A stretch of 26,487 nt of DNA from Albugo candida. Lineage: Eukaryota. The DNA lies in contig JBDOQK010000019.1 of the NCBI GenBank assembly GCA_040437565.1, positions 496,001-522,487 on the forward strand. Direction: 5' to 3'. A program made the position numbers and the translations under genes. The notes beneath the pieces were generated by a model, which worked only from the letters and a program-made list of their open reading frames with translations, was not told the origin of the DNA and ran no database searches. The number at the start of each line of letters is the position of its first letter. The first letter of the stretch is position 1. Below, in pieces: positions 1 to 11,848 of the stretch.

Positions 1-1366
1 ATTGTTATTAAACCACAATTGAAATAATCTTTTTTGCCTCCGGTTGGGTAGATTTTGAGCTACGCAACCTTATATCCTCAAAGACCCTACGAATATCTTG
101 CATATACCGAAAAATCGCATTTATCCTTTGTGTGTGCGCTGGGTATTTTTTGCGTTACCTGCTACATTCACGTTCCTCAACAGCTTATTTTCTTTTGTAT
201 TCCCTCATTAACATTCAGAATCAAACTAATTGGACTCCACTGCTTCATCTTACTCCAGCTAACTATGTTGCTGATTTTGATATTTCTTCGTAAACCATTT
301 ACCAGTGCTGTTCGACTTTAAATGCCATTCCACAACCAAGCACGTGACATGAATGCTCTTAAATTTCATATGTGCTATCAAAAGTTTGAAAATNNNNNNN
401 NNNNNNNNNNNNNNNNNNNNNNNNNNNNNNNNNNNNNNNNNNNNNNNNNNNNNNNNNNNNNNNNNNNNNNNNNNNNNNNNNNNNNNNNNNNNNGAGCACT
501 GCATAAGTCGAAGCTTTGGTCCGATAAGCACAATTAAGGCATTCGATATCGTTTGTAGCAGTTCGCTAAATGCTTGAATATCGTTGTCGTTGATAGGGAT
601 TCGAACAAAAATCTCACACAATCCTTTGACACTAATTTGATTATTCATTTCCTTCTCCGTTATAACTTTAATTCGCCATACTTCACAGTTTCTTTCACCG
701 GACTGCTCTTGTCTCTTTTTCGATAATTGTTGGAAATCTTGATTTCCAAACCGTAAAATTTCTTCGGCATCAATCAACGCACGGCATTGAGCTGTTTCTC
801 TTCGGGTACTTACGTATATGGGGTACCCCACACGGTGATTCAAACGGTGATAATTGATTTCAAGTAAATCTGATACTCCAGTCTTGGTTTATTTAGTGAA
901 AGCCATGTTTCCAGTAATGCGTATGCCGCTGCTTCTTCAATTGCCATCCGTCTCAGCACGGATCATTTGATAGATTGTTATTAAACCACAATTGAAATAA
1001 TCTTTTTTGCCTCCGGTTGGGTAGATTTTGAGCTACGCAACCTTATATCCTCAAAGACCCTACGAATATCTTGCATATACCGAAAAATCGCATTTATCCT
1101 TTGTGTGTGCGCTGGGTATTTTTTGCGTTACCTGCTACATTCACGTTCCTCAACAGCTTATTTTCTTTTGTATTCCCTCATTAACATTCAGAATCAAACT
1201 AATTGGACTCCACTGCTTCATCTTACTCCAGCTAACTATGTTGCTGATTTTGATATTTCTTCGTAAACCATTTACCAGTGCTGTTCGACTTTAAATGCCA
1301 TTCCACAACCAAGCACGTGACATGAATGCTCTTAAATTTCATATGTGCTATCAAAAGTTTGAAAAT
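1..1366. repeat. Direct duplication 1-393 = 974-1366 around N-gap 394-493 (probable unmerged contig overlap)
   Basis: Sequences match at offset 973 (identical ORFs 55..321 and 1028..1294). The first copy ends exactly at the 100-N gap. Confidence 0.9.
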
Positions 1367-1396
1367 AAACAGATTTTACACACATCGTTTGCAATC

Positions 1397-4300
1397 ACTT
1401 ATCCCTTCTTCTATACTTCTCTCCAAATACCGTATTGAAGAAAACGCAATATACTTTTTCATTGTATTTAACTCCACGCCATGATCGTTGCATTTTCGCC
1501 AATGATATATCTTTCGCCATATACGGGAGCATCATTCAGCCACAAGATCAGCCCTTCAACATGTAGCGGTTCGATCATACGTTTAGCCACCTGCTGAGTG
1601 GAAGCCATTGCGTTTGTGATCTCCGGATTGCCCTGCTTACAATACAAAGACCATTGATCCCATATAAAAAAAATCTCTACGACAATCATCCGGTCATCCA
1701 AGTGTACTTGATCATAAAGCATGAGTAAGTCGAATGGATAATAACATATTTCATTCCAGGTGAGTAAGGACGACCTCCAAGTGCTGCAAATTTACAGTAG
1801 AATCCGCGAAATAAGCCTGGTCTTTAATGCAAAGTTCGATTCGGCTACCGCGCCTGCTTGTCGAGCGTTTCGTAATTTCTGACAAGTAAATCTAATTTTT
1901 TTTTCTCTTCAGCTGTCCATTCGTTTCTTTTAGCGTGATTAATACATAACCCTTCTCATCGCTACTGAGATCACCAATGTCGCCAGGAAGTTTACTTTTA
2001 CAATCTTGGGGAATTCCACACTTGTGATCATTTTGTAGGGCATTATCTTAGGCAATTCTGTACATTTGTTTCTCCCTTGTTCCAAGTAAAACTGCCAACG
2101 TGACGTCCTAACCTTATTCGTCAAGAGCCGATCGATAACCACGGTTTTTATTTTCGGTGGCATTTTGAGATCATCACCGAAGGGTCCCCGTCATACAATT
2201 CTCCTAGGTCTAGCGATACTATACAGCACTCAGAACCAGAAAGTCATATTTACTGACAATTTCGGATTGTTGCTTTTGCTCATCACTTCCAAGTACGGCC
2301 ATTTTTTGGCTGTAGTGTTTGATTTCGTTTTCACTTACCTCTAAGGTAACTTGATGACAGTATTGCTACTTCGGAAAGCACATCGATCAACTTTGAAGAG
2401 AATTCTCGTACTGCCGCTCTCAAAATTTCTTAACGTTATCTGGTACTCGAAACAAACTTGTAGCGTTATCTTTTTCAGAAGTAATTCGGTCGGCGGGCTG
2501 CATTTTATCGACCACTTAAGGGTTGATAGTCTCCAGCGCATCTCACCACAAATTCCTTACAAGACTCTAAAGCGTCGATAGTTCACTTGGCAGTACTTGT
2601 TACTACGGCGTATTCCACATATTGATGCAAGCCATGCTGATCCGAAACTTCTGCACAATCTAGTTTCTCGGTGGAGTTGGACTTGATCAAGCGTCCATTA
2701 AAATTATGCTTAGCCTGGATTTTGGGTATTCGAATAAGAATTAAAAAAATATGTGGCCGGCCTCTTCGGCTTCCCTATAACACTTGAATCAATATCTCCC
2801 CATCACCCCCAACGGTTTTTTTTGCTATTCGATTTGCATGATTTGTTGCTTGATTAACGCGTTTTCATGGAATTCTTATAAGCCAAGACTATGTTTTACT
2901 TTTATTTTTACACTCCGAGCAAATTTTTTTGAGCAAGCTGTGGTGCATTTGTAATCCGGATATCACCCGAATAGTCGGTCATTTCGGTCTCTCCGCGACT
3001 ATTTCTTCTCTTAGAGTACCAACGAGATCTTTAATAGATCTAGTTCTATCACCGTGGCCTTTATCGAGATGTGTGATTATCCTACTGTCTGCTTCAAATT
3101 GAATCAAGACAATAGTGCGTTTTGTATCGTCAAAATGTGTTGTGGTTTCTTCGAAAAGAACAAAATCGTAAACCCTGTATAGTAACAAAGCGTTAGGCGA
3201 CTGGAAACGCCTCTTCGTTGGTTCTGAAATTAGAGAAGTATAAGACCTAAAATAAAATAATTATTGATGTCTTGTTCAATCTTCTATATTATCTTCCGGA
3301 AGTTTTGATGTTTGCACCTCACTTCGCTGTTCAAGCATGTGAAATTCGTGCTCCAAAAAATATCAACGAAGCTTAGCAGGATGATGGATTAATCAGATGT
3401 TGCAAATGTAGGCAAGGCTTTAGTATAATCAACCCAAATGATGCAGACAAGATGGTAACCCATACCTAAGCAATTAGATCGGAGTAAGTGTAACGAAATC
3501 CTTCACGTTCTGTACTCTCGCCTCATGTTTATCATGATACCATCAAGTACACTATTTCAGCGCAAGTGGATAGAAATGAACGAAGTGGCCAGGGGATAGA
3601 GTTCAACACTTTCGAAGATAGACACTACGATGATTAGCGTGTGCCAATGACAAGACTCTTATGCCGTAAACAAGTGCTAGCCCCAACAATCGAAATCAGA
3701 TGCACCTAAACGTTTCGACGGAATCTCAATGCATAAAGCAGGAAGATTATGAAAGTGAAGCCTACCACGATCATTAGAAAGCGATCCGTGACTAGATGGG
3801 CTGATTTTTGACAACGTTAGAGTGATCTCGCAAACCTCTATCACAGACTTAATTAATGGTGTCGAAGATAAGGTGAGCACTCNNNNNNNNNNNNNNNNNN
3901 NNNNNNNNNNNNNNNNNNNNNNNNNNNNNNNNNNNNNNNNNNNNNNNNNNNNNNNNNNNNNNNNNNNNNNNNNNNNNNNNNNACTTATCCCTTCTTCTAT
4001 ACTTCTCTCCAAATACCGTATTGAAGAAAACGCAATATACTTTTTCATGGGATTTAACTCCACGCCATGATCGTTGCATTTTCGCCAATGATATATCTTT
4101 CGCCATATACGGGAGCATCATTCAGCCACAAGATCAGCCCTTCAACATGTAGCGGTTCGATCATACGTTTAGCCACCTGCTGAGTGGAAGCCATTGCGTT
4201 TGTGATCTCCGGATTGCCCTGCTTACAATACAAAGACCATTGATCCCATATAAAAAAAATCTCTACGACAATCATCCGGTCATCCAAGTGTACTTGATCA

Positions 4301-6468
4301 TAAAGCATGAGTAAGTCGAATGGATAATAACATATTTCATTCCAGGTGAGTAAGGACGACCTCCAAGTGCTGCAAATTTACAGTAGAATCCGCGAAATAA
4401 GCCTGGTCTTTAATGCAAAGTTCGATTCGGCTACCGCGCCTGCTTGTCGAGCGTTTCGTAATTTCTGACAAGTAAATCTAATTTTTTTTTCTCTTCAGCT
4501 GTCCATTCGTTTCTTTTAGCGTGATTAATACATAACCCTTCTCATCGCTACTGAGATCACCAATGTCGCCAGGAAGTTTACTTTTACAATCTTGGGGAAT
4601 TCCACACTTGTGATCATTTTGTAGGGCATTATCTTAGGCAATTCTGTACATTTGTTTCTCCCTTGTTCCAAGTAAAACTGCCAACGTGACGTCCTAACCT
4701 TATTCGTCAAGAGCCGATCGATAACCACGGTTTTTATTTTCGGTGGCATTTTGAGATCATCACCGAAGGGTCCCCGTCATACAATTCTCCTAGGTCTAGC
4801 GATACTATACAGCACTCAGAACCAGAAAGTCATATTTACTGACAATTTCGGATTGTTGCTTTTGCTCATCACTTCCAAGTACGGCCATTTTTTGGCTGTA
4901 GTGTTTGATTTCGTTTTCACTTACCTCTAAGGTAACTTGATGACAGTATTGCTACTTCGGAAAGCACATCGATCAACTTTGAAGAGAATTCTCGTACTGC
5001 CGCTCTCAAAATTTCTTAACGTTATCTGGTACTCGAAACAAACTTGTAGCGTTATCTTTTTCAGAAGTAATTCGGTCGGCGGGCTGCATTTTATCGACCA
5101 CTTAAGGGTTGATAGTCTCCAGCGCATCTCACCACAAATTCCTTACAAGACTCTAAAGCGTCGATAGTTCACTTGGCAGTACTTGTTACTACGGCGTATT
5201 CCACATATTGATGCAAGCCATGCTGATCCGAAACTTCTGCACAATCTAGTTTCTCGGTGGAGTTGGACTTGATCAAGCGTCCATTAAAATTATGCTTAGC
5301 CTGGATTTTGGGTATTCGAATAAGAATTAAAAAAATATGTGGCCGGCCTCTTCGGCTTCCCTATAACACTTGAATCAATATCTCCCCATCACCCCCAACG
5401 GTTTTTTTTGCTATTCGATTTGCATGATTTGTTGCTTGATTAACGCGTTTTCATGGAATTCTTATAAGCCAAGACTATGTTTTACTTTTATTTTTACACT
5501 CCGAGCAAATTTTTTTGAGCAAGCTGTGGTGCATTTGTAATCCGGATATCACCCGAATAGTCGGTCATTTCGGTCTCTCCGCGACTATTTCTTCTCTTAG
5601 AGTACCAACGAGATCTTTAATAGATCTAGTTCTATCACCGTGGCCTTTATCGAGATGTGTGATTATCCTACTGTCTGCTTCAAATTGAATCAAGACAATA
5701 GTGCGTTTTGTATCGTCAAAATGTGTTGTGGTTTCTTCGAAAAGAACAAAATCGTAAACCCTGTATAGTAACAAAGCGTTAGGCGACTGGAAACGCCTCT
5801 TCGTTGGTTCTGAAATTAGAGAAGTATAAGACCTAAAATAAAATAATTATTGATGTCTTGTTCAATCTTCTATATTATCTTCCGGAAGTTTTGATGTTTG
5901 CACCTCACTTCGCTGTTCAAGCATGTGAAATTCGTGCTCCAAAAAATATCAACGAAGCTTAGCAGGATGATGGATTAATCAGATGTTGCAAATGTAGGCA
6001 AGGCTTTAGTATAATCAACCCAAATGATGCAGACAAGATGGTAACCCATACCTAAGCAATTAGATCGGAGTAAGTGTAACGAAATCCTTCACGTTCTGTA
6101 CTCTCGCCTCATGTTTATCATGATACCATCAAGTACACTATTTCAGCGCAAGTGGATAGAAATGAACGAAGTGGCCAGGGGATAGAGTTCAACACTTTCG
6201 AAGATAGACACTACGATGATTAGCGTGTGCCAATGACAAGACTCTTATGCCGTAAACAAGTGCTAGCCCCAACAATCGAAATCAGATGCACCTAAACGTT
6301 TCGACGGAATCTCAATGCATAAAGCAGGAAGATTATGAAAGTGAAGCCTACCACGATCATTAGAAAGCGATCCGTGACTAGATGGGCTGATTTTTGACAA
6401 CGTTAGAGTGATCTCGCAAACCTCTATCACAGACTTAATTAATGGTGTCGAAGATAAGGTGAGCACTC
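1397..6468. repeat. 2486-bp direct duplication 1397-3882 = 3983-6468 separated only by a 100-N gap (probable assembly overlap or haplotig)
   Basis: Offset 2586, with all short ORFs duplicated identically. The only differences I noticed are T1463/G4049 and T1465/G4051, near the contig end. Both copies abut gap 3883-3982. Confidence 0.92.
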
Positions 6469-7758
6469 TGGATGAGTACTGTTTCTAGAACCACAAGTCA
6501 GATTAATTATTTTTATCAAACTTTAGTTGAAGAGCTTATTTCCTGCACACTGGAACTGGACACTACTTTATCACGCTTATATACATGTTTGACTGCTATC
6601 ATATCGGCTACACAAAATCCCCTGAACCACATTCCACCCAAGTGAAAAAAAGTAAAGCCAACCCAAGCAGTTGTATCGAAGTAGCAGCTCGAGATCACAA
6701 TGCGTTATGTGAATGTGCTGTGTTACCGCATGTCATACGATCGAATACAGAAATTATAGCGAGCTCGAGTATGACTGCATAGCAGTGTTGATCTTTATCT
6801 CAAACTAATACCTTTCATTTATCCCGATTTGACGAATGTCCGGATATTGCTCGAATCAAAAGTGATTGAAACGCAAGATTAGGGTCAAGAAGATCAGGGA
6901 TTATGGAGCTGTCAAAGTACTATCTCTTAGTTTCCCATTGGTACAGTACAAAAGTCTTCCTCTGGGTGTATTTGAAGAAAAGCGGAAGCTCATTACAACA
7001 TATTGTGTTCTTTGCTTTATCTAGAGTATTTTTAAGCTGTCTACGTCTACGATGTTCGCTATGATGGTATAAAGCTATACGTTTGTGTTGCGGCTTTTAG
7101 TCCGACTGAAGTTTATCTTATCTCTTCGAATGCAGTGTGACAATAAAAACACCGTAATTTTCCAGAATTGTAATACCTCGTAGCTGAGCGCAGGACTACG
7201 CATGATAATATCAATGTACACATTTTGTCTTAGCCCCACCTTGACTTATAAAACGACCAGAAACCTTATCTCAGAAATACAGCTTATATTGGTGCCGATG
7301 AGAATTACCTGTTGACATTTTAATAATATGATCGACAATAAATGCTGCGCTAAACACGAGATCTTTTTTCGTGCAAATGCATCAATTTAGGTGCCATTTT
7401 GCATGATTTGTAGGTGCTCCATTGCTTTTTATTGCGAGAATTGCTGCATAAGCAATGTTCATAAAGCCACAAAAATCGACAATTATGTAATGTCTCAGTA
7501 AATGAACTCCTTTAAATACCGTCGAAGCGCAGGAGTTCAATTAGACTGTAATTTATGGGTCTAGTCTGAAATTGATAAAACAAGGAGAAGTAAATGGTGC
7601 TTTGTGAATATTTGCTTAGACGTCACTCAAACCTCAATTGTGCCGCGCTGGGCAATGCTGACTTGTCTACATGGCCAAGTTATTCTATCGGTGCAATTGA
7701 TATGTGCGTTCGTCACATGAACGAAGTTTAGACCAGTCAAAACAGTAAGGCTGTAGAG

Positions 7759-8055
7759 ATGAAGATCTACCCCGAAGCTAAGCCATCGATTATCTATCAC
7801 ATCGGTAAAGATCGAGATTTATGTGTGTCTGTATATCGAACCATTCTATCACAGCTCGATCTTGTCGGAAATCAGGGGTATAGGTTTGTACAGGTCAGAA
7901 GAAAAATCAGGTGATCCTGATTTTATGCGAGTGAGCAGCTGAACCCAATGGGCTCTATTGATTGTTCTCATCCGATATACTGGATCTTGACGACTGTATT
8001 ATCCGGAGCAGAGATGGAGTCGACTGGATGAAGCTCATCGCGTCAAAACGTATCA
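7759..8055 (+). mobile_element. Possible heavily eroded Ty3/Gypsy reverse transcriptase relic
   Basis: Fragments occur in the RT motif order: KDRDLCVSVYR (cf. KDG..RLC.DYR), SQLDL..GY..VQV (cf. SKLDL..GY.QV), PMG (cf. MPFG), DLDDCIIRS at ~7983-8009 (cf. YLDDIIIYS). Spacing is strongly compressed and frames are broken. Confidence 0.35.
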
Positions 8056-8152
8056 TCAGTAGTATAATCGAAAAGTCTCGTCCATGCTCAGATTGTTTCA
8101 TTAAGCCTCATTCTTGCTACTGAGATATTGCTGCATTCGTAATTTCTCAATG

Positions 8153-9264
8153 CTAACCGTCCAATGATGACGCTCCTGAAATAATCTCAATCAGCTCCGT
8201 AGTGATTCGAGTTTGCCGGGCTTTATTATAAGATAATGTCAGCGAAGATATCAGATCTTGCGCGTTCGTTGTTGCATTTTCCATAGCAGCCATTCGCGAG
8301 CTCTCTTCACTGGTGGAGTTTTCAATGACCCCGTGATAAATTGCACTTGCCAGCTCAAACTCCTTCAAATCTGCCAAAATGTCCTCCTTTGTGTCCGGCT
8401 CAAGTTCGTACTGGTCGAGTTTGTCCGTATCCAAGCGAACGGATAGAGAACGAATCGAAGGTTGATACAGTACAGCCGAAACGAATTTGTTGAACAAAAC
8501 ATGAATCCGTTCCGTGTCTGCAACAGCTGATGATAAAATAGCTTGAGCAAGAGCGCTTGCGATACTGAAATTGAATGGATGTTGATAGGTCTCGGTGACA
8601 TTGCCACGAATTCGGTCTGCAAACTCACGACGCAGTAGTGCTCGCGCTTTTTCTCCGATAATGAAGAGGCTTGTATTATGTCCATCATTGGGTGCCAATG
8701 CTAATTGGCGGCGGGTTTGCTTTGCAATTCCCGAATTAATCCCTCCGCAAAGTCCTCGATCAGATGATATGACGACAATTGCATGACCATCCTTTCCGCC
8801 CTCTTCCAATTCTTCCTTCGGTACATGTCCGTCGACGTCAATAACGCGCACCTTCGAGTCGATACGGTCCAGCCATCCCTAAAGAGTTGTGTACACACAT
8901 TAACTACATATTTCTATATATATGACCCCAATTTTGCTAATTACCGCAAAAGGTCGACCATTCAGTAAACGTGTCTCTGCGCCACGCATTTTTGCCGCGG
9001 AAACCATTTTCATGGACTTCGTGATCTTCGATATGTTTTTCGTGGACCCAATCCGCATCAAAACTGGAGGGGAAGTCAGTGATGTGTTTATTGCATTGAA
9101 AGCCAGGTAAATGAAACGTACTTTGCTTCTCAGTCGCCATCCCGCGAACTTGATAGCTGAAGTATCTGCATACATCAAAAGTGAAAGCGTTTATTAGCAT
9201 CCTCTTACACCATTTTGTGCTAAGGAACGAACTTTGTTACAGGGACACCGCTGCGATTAAACAT
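8153..9264 (-). CDS. ATP3: Mitochondrial F1 ATP synthase gamma subunit, 4 exons, 306 aa
   Basis: Manual splicing: complement(join(8153..8878,8945..9063,9122..9165,9233..9264)) = 921 nt. Introns are 9232-9166 (GTTCGT..TGCAG, 67 nt), 9121-9064 (GTACGT..CCAG, 58 nt) and 8944-8879 (GTAATT..TTAG, 66 nt). Protein: [50 protein letters not shown]...SSDRGLCGGIN...SEESSRMAAMENATTNA...YNKARQTRITTELIEIISGASSLDG. These are hallmark gamma-subunit motifs, preceded by a presequence-like N-terminus. Confidence 0.97.
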
Positions 9265-10172
9265 TTTTCAAGAATTGAGCTTTGGACTGATACTGTTCAC
9301 CGGGAATACCAGTATTACCGTTATTTATACCGGGAAGAATTCAATGCCAAGTAGACCGACTGTTGAAGTTCTATTATTTCAAAATAGCAGATGCTTGATT
9401 GAAATAAAATGAACGCTAGGAAACTGTCAGGACTTCTTGGCAATGCTAAGCGATATATTGGGGAAGGGACATGCAGACAGTATCGCTTTGCAAATCTTGC
9501 ACTTTGAACACTAGCATCAGCATCTCAGATTTTATATAGTCGGGAACGATCAGCTGTAATAACGGAAGCATATACACGACGACTTGTCAAGGCAGAGCCC
9601 ATAGAATATGGATGACGTATACAGTTAAGTTATAAATATCGAGCAAGATACACCCAAACTGGTCATTTCTGCTAGCAATGGGGTAATACCCACAAACGGC
9701 CTCGCGAATTAATGAAGCCACGTGACGTAGATATGACTGGATCACATCATGGAAGCAGTATGCATATCATTTCGGTTCAGCTCTAGCTCAAATTGACTAA
9801 GTCACACTCACTGCGCCACGATGACAGATTATGATTATGCGCATATCAAGCAATTTAATTGGATGTCGTTGACTTTATCTACCATAACAGCAAGCAGCGG
9901 CAATATCCGACATCAACTTGAGTAACCATTACCAAATGCTGTAGCACAACCACGTTACATTATCGTAGGCAAGATACATAAATTCGACATTTCGCTCAAT
10001 GCTTTTTGTACGAGATTTTGTTTGTGACCTAGTGATCTATACTGCTCATCGCCATGCACCTTATTTTCATGATCAGAATCTACGTGCGATCTCTTTTAAA
10101 CAGATTTTTTGATCAATATGTTGCGATCTCATGGCAGAGTCGACACTTTGATACAGCTGTAAATGATTGATA

Positions 10173-10316
10173 TATAGCCACATCCCTAACTTAACTGAGA
10201 ACACCGGCATCGTCACCCCCCCCCCTAATTATCCTTAATAAACGGGAACCAGTATCAAAACACCCCCTAAATTAGAATTAAATTAGGGAACCGTTATCGC
10301 CACACCCCCTAAATTG
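10173..10316. repeat. Left terminal inverted repeat of outer MULE (~140 bp, built of subrepeats)
   Basis: TATAGCCACATCCCTAACTTAACTGAGAACACCGG...GGGAACCGTTATCGCCACACCCCCTAAATT is the inverse of the split right end. Confidence 0.88.
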
Positions 10317-10318
10317 AA

Positions 10319-11473
10319 TTACAGATTTGTTTTGTTAATTTTGAGTTGTGGACATGTGCGCCTGTTGTGATCTTCTTGTTTGCAGGCCCCGCATCTTCGT
10401 TTTGGCACTTCCTTCCCCTCCCTCTCAATGTACTCGAATGCGGACAGATATCGTTTGGCCCAAGTGCCCAAATGTAATCATCTTCTCATTCGTGTCGCAA
10501 GAAAACATAGCAAAGGGAATATGACTGGTTTTTGCATGCCACACCCATGACATGGAGCAATGGCATTTGAAACCTGGAGATTGTCTGCTCTTAGTTGATG
10601 TTGGGCAAAAATTGATTGCTAAGCATTTTACTCACCTATTGTTTTTTTTATTGATTTTTGNNNNNNNNNNNNNNNNNNNNNNNNNNNNNNNNNNNNNNNN
10701 NNNNNNNNNNNNNNNNNNNNNNNNNNNNNNNNNNNNNNNNNNNNNNNNNNNNNNNNNNNNTGTTTTTTTTATTGATTTTTGTATGTCGAATCTGCTAGAA
10801 GAACCCCCCCCCCTCCGAAGAAAAATCATTGTCTGTCGAGATGCAAGGCTTAGGTGCAATTAGAAGGCGCGTTAATTGACCCGATGAGGGGTCTCGATCA
10901 AGCTTATGCCTAATGGCATTTTACTCTAGTGTATCCAGCAATTCTTTGAGCGGGCTACGACCAAGGAGAAATTCCGCTCGTTCACGTTTCTTAACATTGT
11001 AAATGTCTTGTCCGGTGGCAAGAAAAGCAGATCAGACCGCTTCATCGTACTCAAAATTAGCCGAGGAGGTGCTCTACCTTTTGTGAAGTCCAGAATTTGC
11101 TGCCTCTCCACCTGGTTCAATACTTTGGCTTCTAGGAATGCTACAAGATTCTCTGCTGCCTCATGATTGTGAGTTGCAACGACCACACTCACTCGCCATT
11201 CTTGCACAGAATTTGATTCATTTGGCGCTGAATGGTTATTAACCATGGGCAGATTAGAAGCCGCGTTGATGTTTGGCGGATCCTCGTGCCCTTGTTGTTG
11301 TACCGACCACCATGAACGCAAGAAAGCCACACCTTCCTAGTAATTCCGTACTTGTCGGCCTTTGTGCGGGCTTTCTTTCTGGAATAGCCTTCTTGCCACG
11401 CAAAGGTTTTTATTGCCTCTTCTGCAATTTCATAGGTCTCATAGGTGTGATCCGGCGGTGGCGCAAGTGGCAT
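10319..11473 (-). pseudogene. MULE (Mutator-like) DDE transposase pseudogene with one intron and a large internal deletion
   Basis: ATG at 11473. FAR1/WRKY-like Zn domain (LSCVHGG..TSTRLLICPW..WRVSVVVATHNH), then QDIYNVKKRERAEFLLGRSPLKELL, then first catalytic Asp VLLADSTYK (~10790). After intron 10635-10574: NRFQMPLLHVMGVACKNQSYSLCYVFLRHE*EDDYIWALG, jumping directly at ~10460 to KRYLSAFEY and the C-terminal knuckle CGACKQEDHNRRTC (10393-10352). TAA at 10321-10319. Several frameshifts and stops. Confidence 0.9.
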
Positions 11474-11539
11474 AGTGAGCACAGTGTATTCACGTTAGCG
11501 TACGTATAGCAATGTATGCAGGTGTATAGCGAGTTGGAT

Positions 11540-11650
11540 AATTAGGGTGTGTGGCTATACCGGATTCCTCAATTAGGGTGTGTGGCGATATCGGTTCCCT
11601 AATTTAATTTTAATTTATCGAGTGTGGTGATACCGGTTTCCATTTATTTA
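11540..11650. repeat. Inner part of the right TIR of the outer MULE (tandem subrepeats TTAGGGTGTGTGGC.ATA.CGG.TCC)
   Basis: 11569-11650 is the inverse of ~10235-10316. An extra subrepeat copy lies at 11540-11570. Confidence 0.85.
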
Positions 11651-11754
11651 GGGTATTGATATCCCGACAACTTTTTTTTGATTACATTTTTATTTTGAGA
11701 GCCGCTATGGCCACAGACAAAACTACTACGGCCACAGACAATTGATCTAACCAG

Positions 11755-11770
11755 TCACTTCTCAATTTGC
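11755..11770 (+). promoter_or_regulatory. Oomycete INR+FPR core promoter upstream of LINE ORF1
   Basis: TCACTTCTCAATTTGC is a perfect match to YCAYTYY-NN-MWTTTNC and lies ~80 bp before ATG 11849. Confidence 0.7.
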
Positions 11771-11848
11771 TGGATACTAAGTAACCCGCTAATTTAGTAA
11801 AAACACCTCGAAAAAACAACTTTTTTCAACTCTTTCCTCTCGATAACA

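Noticed and set aside
259-843. 194-aa minus-strand ORF
   Set aside because: It is bridged by a 100-N gap into a duplicated segment. The real part (494-843) has no motif I recognise and may be an exon or pseudogene fragment, but it cannot be assigned.
1300-1722. Minus-strand peptide (WDQWSLYCKQGNPEITNA...) vaguely like a MULE/SWIM transposase C-terminus
   Set aside because: Similarity is too weak, with no diagnostic catalytic or CxC..CxH motif in frame and no TIRs seen.
8258-9200. Short overlapping ORFs on both strands within ATP3
   Set aside because: These are shadow frames or intron read-through of the real spliced gene.
10461-10840. Initially read as captured host DNA (Pack-MULE filler) inside the MULE
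   Set aside because: Re-translation shows it is the transposase itself (VLLADSTYK, intron, MPLLHVMGV...EDDYIWAL).
11541-11580. TTAGGG/TTTAGGG telomere-like words
   Set aside because: They occur singly as part of TIR subrepeats and do not form a tandem telomeric array.
11540-11640. Spaced ~25-30-bp repeats resembling a CRISPR array
   Set aside because: Eukaryotic context, degenerate repeats, very short spacers and no cas genes. They are explained as TIR subrepeats.
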